Shown here piece after piece: positions 50,199 to 60,636 of a DNA stretch of 64,000 nucleotides. The first letter of the stretch is position 1, and each line of letters opens with the position of its first letter. The position numbers were made by a program, and so were the translations under genes. Origin of the DNA: Candidatus Melainabacteria bacterium 17Bon1m (GTDB lineage: Bacteria; Cyanobacteriota; Vampirovibrionia; Obscuribacterales; Obscuribacteraceae). The stretch is from contig JAVLKG010000002.1 of the NCBI GenBank assembly GCA_032128875.1, forward strand, positions 352,001 through 416,000, written 5' to 3'. The notes under the pieces were generated by a model, which worked only from the letters and a program-made list of their open reading frames with translations, was not told where the DNA came from and searched no databases.

Positions 50199-50519
50199 AT
50201 GAGTGAGAAACAAGAAGCTAATACATCATCCGATTCCAGCATGGAAGAAAGTTCTTCTTTCGAGCCTGTTACAGCCGCAGACCCGGCAGTACAATCTGGA
50301 AGCGCCGTTGTCGCTGCAGGAGCAAATGCGGTATCGAAGTTTCCCCTCACCGACAAGACCGATAAGGTAAAACCACCTCTAACACTGGAAGAGAAAAGGA
50401 AGGTATGGATCCGCCGCATCATAGGTGCGATTTTGTTCTTTTCGATTTTAGGATGTTTGGCTCTGCTTGCAGCGGCGCAAGCAGTCACGTTCTTGTTCAA
50501 AACGATCCTTAGCCCTTAG
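50199..50519 (+). CDS. small membrane-anchored hypothetical protein
   Basis: Acidic/Ser-rich N-terminus and C-terminal hydrophobic helix; follows the MBL gene. Confidence 0.55.
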   Translation: MSEKQEANTSSDSSMEESSSFEPVTAADPAVQSGSAVVAAGANAVSKFPLTDKTDKVKPPLTLEEKRKVWIRRIIGAILFFSILGCLALLAAAQAVTFLFKTILSP

Positions 50520-50548
50520 ATTCTTAGGCTTCATTTGCTTTTATATCG

Positions 50549-52111
50549 TTAGCTGTTGATCGCGTTAGTTTCCAGAGCGACCGGGCATTTGCCGGTGGCG
50601 CCCATTCTTCGCACCAGCATAACCGCGAGTTCTTCCATTGCTTTATCGGAAGGGTCGAATGTGCACATATAAGTTGCGGCTCTTGAAACAGCCAGGCAGT
50701 CGTAGGGAATATCAGCGGCAATGCCGATGAAATTGGACGTGCTGTGCTCCAGCGCTTTTGCAAGTTCTAATTGACCGCGGTTTAAGCCGGCGCGGAAAGT
50801 GACCAGCACAACGTTCTTTTCTTTGGCTTGTATCAATAGCTTTTCAATCTCGGCCTTATCCGGATCGACCGTATATCTGATTTCTTCAAGCGCCGGTTTC
50901 ATTCCGTTGAATTTCAATTGCTCCTGAAGAAACTTTCCGAGCGGCAGCGGATAGCGTGGATGGTTTGGAACGATAACTGTAACGGGGTTTTCTGTGATGT
51001 TCTGAAACTCGCCTTGCAACAGCGTTATCGCGCTTTGGTAAATTGAGGAAATGCGAGCATTGTCGTCCTCCAGCCAACCTTTCAATTGGGCAACTCGAGA
51101 CTTTGGATCAATGCTAGGTTTTTCGTTGTTCGCAAAAAGCTTTTCGATGCGCTCATTTGCCTGGCGAATTCTTTCCTCTTTCAATCGACCTGAACGAACT
51201 GCGTCGATAATATGCTGATGTGCATTTTTCAATTCGGCTGCCGACGAGCAAAGCAGCAAGACGTCGCAGCCGGCTTCTACAGCTAATAGAGCCGATTCTG
51301 CTAAGCCGTATTTATTGGTAATTGCTTTCATCATCATGTCGTCAGTGAAAATTAGACCGTCAAAGCCGAGCTCTTTTCGCAGTACATCTTGCAAAAGTTT
51401 AGAGGACAGCGTAGCTGGCAAAGGCTCCTTTTCATAAGCTGTCAGCCAAACGTGGCCAGCTAGAAGAGCAGGGGCCAGCTGCGCGCAATTCTTGAATGGT
51501 TTCAATTCCAATTCTTGTACTGATTGTTTGGCACGGTCAATCACCGCCAGCTCCGAATGCGAGTCTTGACCGGTATCTCCGTGACCTGGATAGTGTTTTA
51601 TGACCGGAATTACACCTTCCTGCATAAACGCTTCCAGCATTGCTTTGGCAAAGCGTGAAACGGTTGCTGTATCGCAAGAGAAGGCGCGAGTGCCAATAAT
51701 GGGATTGAGCGGATTACTTGCTACATCGACTACCGGCGAAAGCACGCAGTTGACTCCGAGTGCTCGCAACTGTTTACCGTTGACTACGGCGGCTGTCTCA
51801 GCATATTTTTCATTGTCGGTTGCAGCCAGCGCCATAAGAGAAGGCAGTGGTGACAAAACATCGTCAAAGCGCTGGACCGCGCCACCTTCTTGGTCTACAC
51901 AAATGATTGGATTGAAGATAGAACTGCGGGAAATTTTTGCTACGAGTTCTGACAACTGAGTCAAATTCTCTACGTTGTCTTTGAAAATGCAGATACCACC
52001 CGCGGTGCCGTCTTTGAGGAGTTGTTCGTACTCACCATCCAAAGTCTTAGCGGGAAGTCGCCCGACAAGCATCCGTCCTACAGCTTTTTCAAGACTTTCG
52101 TCGGCGGGCAC
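50549..52111 (-). CDS. nagZ: GH3 beta-N-acetylhexosaminidase
   Basis: DQEGGAVQR, KHYPGHGDTGQDSH (NagZ signature) and TDDM nucleophile. No signal peptide. Confidence 0.88.
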   Translation of the reverse strand: MPADESLEKAVGRMLVGRLPAKTLDGEYEQLLKDGTAGGICIFKDNVENLTQLSELVAKISRSSIFNPIICVDQEGGAVQRFDDVLSPLPSLMALAATDNEKYAETAAVVNGKQLRALGVNCVLSPVVDVASNPLNPIIGTRAFSCDTATVSRFAKAMLEAFMQEGVIPVIKHYPGHGDTGQDSHSELAVIDRAKQSVQELELKPFKNCAQLAPALLAGHVWLTAYEKEPLPATLSSKLLQDVLRKELGFDGLIFTDDMMMKAITNKYGLAESALLAVEAGCDVLLLCSSAAELKNAHQHIIDAVRSGRLKEERIRQANERIEKLFANNEKPSIDPKSRVAQLKGWLEDDNARISSIYQSAITLLQGEFQNITENPVTVIVPNHPRYPLPLGKFLQEQLKFNGMKPALEEIRYTVDPDKAEIEKLLIQAKEKNVVLVTFRAGLNRGQLELAKALEHSTSNFIGIAADIPYDCLAVSRAATYMCTFDPSDKAMEELAVMLVRRMGATGKCPVALETNAINS

Positions 52112-52118
52112 TTTTTGT

Positions 52119-53105
52119 TTATACCGTACTGATCAGTTGGTAGACTTCCACCGGTTTTTGCCGGCCTTTTACAGAGAATTGATTGACGTAATTGAACTGG
52201 AAGCGCTCACGTGCCAGGTCGTGAGTTACACCATCGACCCAAATTTCGCCTGCGTGGTCGCTGGTAATCAGCTTTTCTAATCGAAAGACGATATTGGCTG
52301 TGTCGCCAGTGATAGCTTGTCCGGCTCCTGATTGACCGAGCGTACCGGCTGCGACTGGTCCGGTCGCCAGGGCTATATCGACAACGAGCGGATGCTTTTT
52401 GAAGGGCCAAAAATTCGTGTCTTTTGCCAATCTGGCAGTGATAGTACGCATTTGCAAAGCTGTAAGACAGGCTTGGTAGGCTTGTAGCGCCGCGCCTTCT
52501 TTCGAATCGTCGCCGCTCCAGTAAGCCATGATCGCATCTCCGGCGATTTTTTCGAGCTGTCCGTAATGTCTGTGTATTTCTTCGTTTAGTGCGTCAAAAA
52601 CCATTTTCTGAGCGCGCATGACGAGATCTGGCTCGGAAGCATAGGTTTCCATGAGCCCGCTGAAATCGACAATGTCGCCAACCAGAATTGTGGCGTTGAT
52701 TAAGTGAATGCGGAATTGAGTTTTGTCTTGCTCATCTCTGTCCTCATCCATCTCTCTGGCAGCGTTGAAAGGTGGACTGACAAGCAGGTCGTACTGAGCA
52801 ATTTTGACTTTGTCGCCGCTATGCAGAATGTATTCTTTGCCCGGTGTAAGACGCGTGCCGTTCAGCGAGGTGCCATTAGTCGAGCCGTTGTCAACTAGCG
52901 TCCAGCCTTCCTGTGTGCAACGGATTTCGGCGTGCTGACCGGAAACTTCCGGAAATGGCAAAACCAATCGGCGTTTGTCGCCGGCGCCAGGTTTTCGACC
53001 TATCGAAAGGACCTCGCCTTCAACAAGGTCTAGCGACCAGCCGTCCGGTGATTCTGGCAGCACCGTAATGGAGCCGGAAGTCGAATTTTTCCCAACTGAA
53101 GACAA
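52119..53105 (-). CDS. FHA domain - class III nucleotidyl cyclase
   Basis: FHA motifs IGR, VSGQHA and STNGT. Cyclase motifs GDIVDFS, KIAGDAIMA and GDTANIVFRLE. Confidence 0.87.
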   Translation of the reverse strand: MSSVGKNSTSGSITVLPESPDGWSLDLVEGEVLSIGRKPGAGDKRRLVLPFPEVSGQHAEIRCTQEGWTLVDNGSTNGTSLNGTRLTPGKEYILHSGDKVKIAQYDLLVSPPFNAAREMDEDRDEQDKTQFRIHLINATILVGDIVDFSGLMETYASEPDLVMRAQKMVFDALNEEIHRHYGQLEKIAGDAIMAYWSGDDSKEGAALQAYQACLTALQMRTITARLAKDTNFWPFKKHPLVVDIALATGPVAAGTLGQSGAGQAITGDTANIVFRLEKLITSDHAGEIWVDGVTHDLARERFQFNYVNQFSVKGRQKPVEVYQLISTV

Positions 53106-53248
53106 TTCCGCGGAAACCCTTTTAGATAGCCAAGTAGATAGCTAAAGGCTCTATAAATACGTTGTTTATTATAACGATGGTCAAGTTGTTCTAACCGTCT
53201 CAAATGAGAGACGGCTAGAATTCTCAATACTTGATTTCACCCGGCCGC

Positions 53249-54508
<1,260 letters not shown>

Positions 54509-54660
54509 GGCTGTATCTCCTTTGGATATGGCAGTGAAGGTATTTCGAGCCGCTCTAAAATGCAGAGCCTGGCTCAATGCCGGGCAACGGCGCCCGTCTG
54601 CTTCACCAGCCGTGCCATGTTTTTTCTCAAAGCGGGCAAATAAAGCCGTTCTTGAGAACA
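54509..54660 (-). ncRNA. candidate structured cis-regulatory leader (riboswitch-like) of metK
   Basis: 12-bp closing stem with a 6-nt bulge, two internal hairpins, and bulge complementarity to the SD-start spacer (see findings). Confidence 0.5.
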
Positions 54661-54893
54661 AGGCAACTGTCATGCTAGCACCTTTCCATATCTGTACTAG
54701 AGAAAGGAATTAAAGATGCCGCAAAGATGAAGACGATGACTGGCCGGCTGTCGTTCCAGGCAGCTCAAGTCTTAACGTAGGTGTAGCAAATCTGAGCGAG
54801 AACGGCAAAGCATGCCAGATCTGTTGGATAGCAGTGATACCATATAAGGGCCTTGGCGAAACCCCCTATAGAACGTAGATATATCCAACCCCC

Positions 54894-54921
54894 GGAACAC
54901 GTTTGTTCGCCAGCGCGTCAA
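54894..54921 (+). promoter_or_regulatory. ECF-sigma autoregulatory promoter
   Basis: GGAAC-N17-CGTCAA about 30 bp upstream of the ECF sigma start codon. Confidence 0.6.
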
Positions 54922-54948
54922 TGCAATCAATCGTCGAGAGGAGTCGCC

Positions 54949-55575
54949 ATGGCGACAGGCTACAGCCAAAAAAGCGATAGAGACCTTGTACTGGCTTGCC
55001 AGAGGCGTGAGCCCGCGGCATTCGAGGAGCTGGTCAAGCGTCACCAACGCACTGTTTATGCCCTTCTTTACCAATTGGCACCCGATTGGACAGATACGGC
55101 AGATCTTGCCCAAGAAGTGTTTATCAGGGTTTGGAGAAATATCAACAACCTGAGAAATCCATCTTCGTTTCGCTCGTGGCTGACACAGATTGTCACCAAC
55201 ATCTTCTATGACGAGTTGCGTAAGCGTCCTCGTAAGTTGCCAACCGTATCTATGGATGAAGGCATTGACGACGAGGAGGGAAGTGACGGCGCAACCCGCG
55301 ATATTGCCGACACATCCGCCCTCCCCGATGAAAATGTTCTAAGCAAAGAAGTCAACGAAGTCATCCGCGCGGCCATGATGCAACTCCCGGAACAGTTTCG
55401 GACGAGTATCGTCTTAAGGGAAGTGGAGGGTCTCAGTTACGAGGAAATTGCGGTTCTAACAAAGACAGAGATGGGAACCGTAAAGTCGCGAATCGCGAGA
55501 GCCAGATTAAAGCTGCAAGAGATGCTTAAACCGTATCTCGAGAACAGCAACTCGCAAGCTGAAATATCGGGGTGA
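54949..55575 (+). CDS. ECF (sigma-70 group 4) RNA polymerase sigma factor
   Basis: GAGGAG SD, and AFEELV, DLAQEVFIRVW, FRSWL and LREVEGLSYEEIA...GTVKSRIARAR motifs. Confidence 0.93.
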   Translation: MATGYSQKSDRDLVLACQRREPAAFEELVKRHQRTVYALLYQLAPDWTDTADLAQEVFIRVWRNINNLRNPSSFRSWLTQIVTNIFYDELRKRPRKLPTVSMDEGIDDEEGSDGATRDIADTSALPDENVLSKEVNEVIRAAMMQLPEQFRTSIVLREVEGLSYEEIAVLTKTEMGTVKSRIARARLKLQEMLKPYLENSNSQAEISG

Positions 55576-55583
55576 TCGGGGTA

Positions 55584-56486
55584 ATGGTCGAGTCTTGTGA
55601 AAAGTACAGAATGGAGTTGTCGGCGCTGTTAGACGAACAGCTTGACAAACAGCTCAAGACCGAAGTGGAGGGGCACCTTTCCGGCTGTAATGATTGCAGT
55701 CAGGAATTGGACACACTGAAGTCTCTATGCCAATTGATGTCCAATCAATTCGAGCCGGATAATCTGGAAATGCCAGATCTCTGGGCGAAGATGAAAGACC
55801 AGGTGCCGACTGTGTGCCAGGTGATGGACGAAGATTTATCGGCGTATTTGGACGGCGAATTGCCGGCACCGGCTCAAGAAGGTGTCAATGTACATCTAAA
55901 GGAATGTCCGGACTGCCTCGCCAAATTCAAAACGCTCAATACAACCAATCAATTTATTTCGAAGGGATTGGAATTACCGACGGACCATAAAGTAGATCTG
56001 TGGCCGGCGGTTAAGTCGAGACTAAATGAAGACTGTGCTCTTATTCATACGGAGCTGTCTCCATATATCGATCAGGAAGTCGCAACTTTGCGACATCGCG
56101 CCATCACCACGCACCTTACTGATTGTCAGGGGTGCAGAGATGAGTTCAACAGATTATCTAGTGTTGGCGATGCGATAAGAGAACACTATAAGCCGGATAT
56201 CCCGGAAGATTTTGATCTCTGGCCTGGTATCAAGTCTCAACTGCAAGTGGTGCCTTTCACACCGAGGGCTAACAACAATCAGCAGAAGAGCAAGCCTGGT
56301 ATGCGTCGTGCATATTGGATGAGCGCCGCAGCTGCAGTGGTTTTGGGTATCATTGGTTTTGGTAGTTTTTGGCTAATGTCTCCATCAACTTCTTCAATAA
56401 AGACTGTCAGTGCAGAAGACTACTTGATAGAATCGGCACTGACAGAACCAGCCGGCAGTGCTGAGGCGGTCCTCTATGAGTACTAA
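55584..56486 (+). CDS. anti-sigma factor with three zf-HC2 (ZAS) domains and a C-terminal TM helix
   Basis: HLSGCNDC, HLKECPDC and HLTDCQGC, each preceded by C...LSxxxD. TM segment AAAAVVLGIIGFGSFW. Confidence 0.85.
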   Translation: MVESCEKYRMELSALLDEQLDKQLKTEVEGHLSGCNDCSQELDTLKSLCQLMSNQFEPDNLEMPDLWAKMKDQVPTVCQVMDEDLSAYLDGELPAPAQEGVNVHLKECPDCLAKFKTLNTTNQFISKGLELPTDHKVDLWPAVKSRLNEDCALIHTELSPYIDQEVATLRHRAITTHLTDCQGCRDEFNRLSSVGDAIREHYKPDIPEDFDLWPGIKSQLQVVPFTPRANNNQQKSKPGMRRAYWMSAAAAVVLGIIGFGSFWLMSPSTSSIKTVSAEDYLIESALTEPAGSAEAVLYEY

Positions 56487-57018
56487 GATGGGTATTGAGG
56501 TGGGTGGTCAGAACCGGTCTATGTACAAAGTCGCAAAGAAAGTAGTTTTGGTGATCGGCATCCAATCTGCATTGGTCTTGCCTGCATTCGCAGACGAGAG
56601 CTGCTGTGTTGATTGGAGCAAGCTAAATCTTTCACCACAACAAACGCAGCAAGTGCAGCAACTGGAAACCCAGTGGCAGCAAGACTATAGTCAAATCAAA
56701 CCGGCTATTGCGGACGAGCAGCGCAAACTTCAGCGTTTACTCGAATCGCATAATGCTGATCCTGTTGAACTGATGGCAGTACAGCAGTCTTTGACTCGTA
56801 AAAAAGAACAGCTCAATCAAGCTGCAACCGCAAATTATTTGCGCAAAAGACAGGTGTTGAACGAAAATCAACAACATCAGTTGGAGCAAATGATTCGGCA
56901 GCGCATCATCGCCAAGCAAAAGGAAATGCATCCTAATATGCAAAGCAATGATATGCCGGGACGTCTGCAAAACTTGATGCAACGCGTATTGCAAACTAAT
57001 CCACCGGATAAGCCCTAA
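56476..57018 (+). CDS. Spy/CpxP-like exported protein
   Basis: Signal peptide (PAFA-D), LNLSPQQ and VLNENQ motifs, Gln-rich helices. The start is uncertain. Confidence 0.65.
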   Translation: MSTKMGIEVGGQNRSMYKVAKKVVLVIGIQSALVLPAFADESCCVDWSKLNLSPQQTQQVQQLETQWQQDYSQIKPAIADEQRKLQRLLESHNADPVELMAVQQSLTRKKEQLNQAATANYLRKRQVLNENQQHQLEQMIRQRIIAKQKEMHPNMQSNDMPGRLQNLMQRVLQTNPPDKP

Positions 57019-57042
57019 TTTTCAGGGACCAAACCGGCATAG

Positions 57043-57067
57043 AGGCGCTCACTGAGCGCCTTTTTTT
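57043..57067 (+). terminator. intrinsic terminator of the ECF operon
   Basis: AGGCGCTC-ACT-GAGCGCC followed by a run of 7 T. Confidence 0.88.
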
Positions 57068-57378
57068 GTGCGTAAAAACGCCAGATGGAAGTTTTCCTTT
57101 GGTATCGAATGTGGTGTCGCCTGTCTGAGAGTTATTTCCCCAGTCCTCCAACCATGGGACCAAAATCTCCCAGGTACACTCATTGTTTGCACTTTCATTG
57201 AAGAGTAATAAGAACCATTTCGACACAAGAATTGAATTATGGGGAAGAACAACCGCTAGCTCATGGCTCAGTTTCTTAAAAAGGTTAAGGTTTAGCCTTT
57301 GACGTTTCATAAGTAGAGCCAGTCAGGCTAGCCGGATGGTAGCCTAGGGGTCTTTGCTGTTAAAAGGAGACTGAAAAG

Positions 57379-59145
57379 GTGATTTCCGAAAGGCTGGCAA
57401 GCCTTGTTGAGCGTGCGATTGACAGGGCTACAAAAGATGGAAAGTTGGGACCGCTCACGGGCTGTCCGATTCCGGTTTTGGTCGAGCGTCCGCGCCTTCC
57501 AGAGCATGGCGACCTCGCTGTCGGAACTGCACTTAAGCTTGCCGGACAGGCAAAAATGCCACCTATTAAGATTGCTGAGATTATTGCCGAGTACATAGAA
57601 AAGGATGAGGAAGCCGGCAAGCACAACATAGAGCGTTTGGCAGTCGCTCCTCCTGGATTTATCAATTTCCATCTTTCCACGGGCTGGCTGGAAGCCGCTT
57701 TGAGCAATATTCATGTAAAGGGCGAACAGTTCGGCGCGCTGAATATCGGCGAAGGGAAAAAAGTCCTGGTTGAGTATGTTTCCGCCAACCCTACAGGCGA
57801 TCTCCACATAGGTCATGGTCGTGGAGCAGTTTATGGCAGCTGTTTGTCTAATCTTTTTGCGTTTGTAGGTTTTTCTGTAGAACAAGAGTTTTACGTAAAT
57901 GATGCCGGGGTTCAGATTTCTCAGCTTGGAGAATGCGCTTGGGCTCTTTATCAGAGGCTCCAAGGGCGCGATGTACCTTATCCGGAAGAAGGCTATCCGG
58001 AAAATTCTTTGATGCATTTCCTCGAGCCTATCGTAAAAGAGTACGGCGATAAGTATTTGAGTTGCGACAGCGAAGAAGGGCCAAAGAAGCTTGGTGAAAT
58101 AACCAAAATGACCATCATGGAGTCGCAAAGAAAGCTCTTGTCGCGACTGCACGTCAACTTCAATACTTGGTTTTCAGAAACTTCGCTGCATACATCTGAT
58201 GCTGTTTCGTCCGTGCTTAAAGAGTTCGAGAAGAAGCAGAAGAGTTATGAGTCGGAAGGCGCACTGTGGCTCAAAGCTAAGGAGCTTGGTGATGAAAGAG
58301 ACAGGGTCTTGCGCAAAAGCACAGGTGCAACAACTTATCTGGCTAATGATGCTGCTTATCACCTGGACAAATTCAATCGCGGTTTCGATCAGCTCATAAA
58401 CATTTGGGGCGCAGACCATCACGGTCAAGTGCCGGGTCTGAAAGCTGTTGTAAAAGCGCTTGATCTGGACGCCGACAAGCTCGAGATTATTCTTACCCAG
58501 ATCGTCAATTTGAGCCGTGAAGGGCAGATGGTGAGGATGTCGAAACGCGCAGGCACTGTCGTCACCCTGGAAGAAGTTATGGATGAGGTCGGTGTCGATG
58601 CGACTCGCTATTATCTGGCTGAGTCCAATCCGCAAAATCCTATCAATTTTGATTTGGAGTTGGCTAAGCGCACATCCAGAGAGAATCCGGCGTTTTATAT
58701 TCAGTATGCACATGCACGCTGTTGTGCAATTTTACGGCGTGCAACTGAGGAGCAAGTCAATCAAGAGTCTGGTGTGACCGAGAAGCCTGTTCTTACACAA
58801 GAACAGTTAGAAGCGTACAAAGTCGATTATAAAAATAGCCCGCAAGCGTTTAGAGCCGCCTTTGAGCCTGGACATGAGGTCTACCAGCACCAGAAGGCGC
58901 TGGTGCAAAAACTAGACTCATTTCCAGATGAGGTGAAAGAAGCAGCGCTTTCGCGACTACCCGGCAGATTGGCTCGATATGCATACGATGTGGCCAATGA
59001 TTTGCAAAAGTTCTACGAAGTATCGCGCGTTATCACTGATGATTTATCGGTCACGAAAGCCAGGCTGGGACTGATTCTTGCAACTAAGCAGGTGCTGGCG
59101 AATGCGCTCAAAATAATTGGTGTGTCGGCGCCGGAGCGCATGTGA
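57379..59145 (+). CDS. argS: arginine--tRNA ligase
   Basis: PGFINF, EYVSANPTGDLHIGHGRGA, WGADHHG, MSKRAG, YIQYAHAR and APERM motifs. Confidence 0.97.
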   Translation: MISERLASLVERAIDRATKDGKLGPLTGCPIPVLVERPRLPEHGDLAVGTALKLAGQAKMPPIKIAEIIAEYIEKDEEAGKHNIERLAVAPPGFINFHLSTGWLEAALSNIHVKGEQFGALNIGEGKKVLVEYVSANPTGDLHIGHGRGAVYGSCLSNLFAFVGFSVEQEFYVNDAGVQISQLGECAWALYQRLQGRDVPYPEEGYPENSLMHFLEPIVKEYGDKYLSCDSEEGPKKLGEITKMTIMESQRKLLSRLHVNFNTWFSETSLHTSDAVSSVLKEFEKKQKSYESEGALWLKAKELGDERDRVLRKSTGATTYLANDAAYHLDKFNRGFDQLINIWGADHHGQVPGLKAVVKALDLDADKLEIILTQIVNLSREGQMVRMSKRAGTVVTLEEVMDEVGVDATRYYLAESNPQNPINFDLELAKRTSRENPAFYIQYAHARCCAILRRATEEQVNQESGVTEKPVLTQEQLEAYKVDYKNSPQAFRAAFEPGHEVYQHQKALVQKLDSFPDEVKEAALSRLPGRLARYAYDVANDLQKFYEVSRVITDDLSVTKARLGLILATKQVLANALKIIGVSAPERM

Positions 59146-59330
59146 TCTCGGTTAATACCAGTCACTAATAAAATCAGCGGATCTATGGACGCATTAATTC
59201 ACTTCTGAGGCGGGCACAAAAGCCCGTCAAATGCTTCCGTGTACGGCAGTCGGGTGCTAGGCTAGAAATAGGACATACCATCACGCTTATTTGGGATCCG
59301 GCATAGCCGTATTAGCTTAGGGGACTTTTG

Positions 59331-59948
59331 ATGGACATGGAAGATAAGTTCAGCCTGGAGCTGACTCAAGAAGAAGGGGTTCTTCTTCTGACCAGTGCTA
59401 GGCTTTTGGATAAGCTAGTTGCGGGCGTCACAATTCATTCAAAAGATCGAGATGAGCTCATCAAAGACATAATAGAGAAGCTGGCGCAAAAGGTTGCACC
59501 GGCTCTTTCTGTAATGTCTGACGAGCTTGCCGATGCCATAGTGGACTCTGTTCTCGGGTGTGATGGCGAAGATGATCTCGATTTTGATTTAGCTCTTATT
59601 GAGAGCGAGATGAATGCAGAGCAGCTTGATCTGCAGGTAATGAATTTCCCTATGTATGCGACTGACGAGACTTTGCCGAAATTAGAAAAGGCGCTTGTCG
59701 ATCATAGAATGGTGAAGGCTGAATACTATAGTTTTGCCAGAGAGTCCGTAGACAGAATTACCCTCAACCCGTTGACCATCTTAAAGGAAGAAGGGCTCTG
59801 GCGGGTGATCGCATACTGTCACGAGCGCAAAGAAGTTTTGCTTTTCCGCGTTGACAGAATAAAGCAATTGAAAGAAACGGCACAGCATTTTGAAACTCCA
59901 AAGGACTTCTCACAGCGAAAAGCTCAGCGCTACGCCACATACTGCTGA
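59331..59948 (+). CDS. WYL-domain protein without an HTH
   Basis: C-terminal YYS...LNPL...WRVIAYCHERKEVLLFRVDRI, with an acidic helical N-terminus. Confidence 0.8.
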   Translation: MDMEDKFSLELTQEEGVLLLTSARLLDKLVAGVTIHSKDRDELIKDIIEKLAQKVAPALSVMSDELADAIVDSVLGCDGEDDLDFDLALIESEMNAEQLDLQVMNFPMYATDETLPKLEKALVDHRMVKAEYYSFARESVDRITLNPLTILKEEGLWRVIAYCHERKEVLLFRVDRIKQLKETAQHFETPKDFSQRKAQRYATYC

Positions 59949-60062
59949 ACCTATTAATTGCTCTATTGGTTTACTGGTTCATTGATTTATTGAAATTTTG
60001 AATTAGTCATTTCAAGCTGATAAACTCTGAACCTTCGGAGCGTTGTTTGAAACGGGTTTATC

Positions 60063-60560
60063 ATGACTTTCGCCAGCAGAATAAAAGAAACGAGCGGCAA
60101 GATTGCCGTCGGCAGTGACCATGCCGGTTTTGTCTTGAAAGAGAAAATCAAGAAATTACTGACAGGAAAGTCAATTGATTTCATTGATTTCGGGACATTT
60201 TCTCAGGACTCCTGTGACTATCCTGACTACGCACGGAAAGCCGCGAATGCTGTCGTCTCAGGCGAAGCAATTTGCGGAATACTTTGCTGTGGTTCGGGAG
60301 TGGGAATTTCAATCGTCGCCAACAAAGTGAGAGGCATACGGGCTGCACTGTTGCACGAGCCTGAAACCGCAGCACTCTGCAGGCAGCATAACGACGCCAA
60401 CATACTCTGTATGGCCGGTCGCACCATGAATGAAGCGCTTCTGGAACCTACTCTTGAAGCTTTTCTGAACACTGAATTCGAAGGCGGGCGTCACGCTCGG
60501 CGCGTCGATAAGATCGAAGAGCCGCGTAAAGGTGAACAAGCCGGTAGTTGGTCGAAATAG
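60063..60560 (+). CDS. rpiB: ribose-5-phosphate isomerase B
   Basis: GSDHAG, DYPD, CGSGVGISIVANK, HNDAN and FEGGRH motifs. Confidence 0.95.
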   Translation: MTFASRIKETSGKIAVGSDHAGFVLKEKIKKLLTGKSIDFIDFGTFSQDSCDYPDYARKAANAVVSGEAICGILCCGSGVGISIVANKVRGIRAALLHEPETAALCRQHNDANILCMAGRTMNEALLEPTLEAFLNTEFEGGRHARRVDKIEEPRKGEQAGSWSK

Positions 60561-60636
60561 AACAGATTACGAATTAAGAGGCGCAGAGTATGCGCCTCTT
60601 AAGGTTTTAACGACGCTTGCAGCGCCAAGGTTTCAA

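Noticed and set aside
54509-54673. 55-aa N-terminal extension of MetK in the ORF track
   Set aside because: MetK homology begins at RYLFTSESV, an AAGGAG SD precedes the TTG at 54508, and the extension coincides with a structured leader.
54853-54948. N-terminal extension of the ECF sigma in the ORF track
   Set aside because: The ATG at 54949 has a GAGGAG SD, and the extension contains the predicted promoter.
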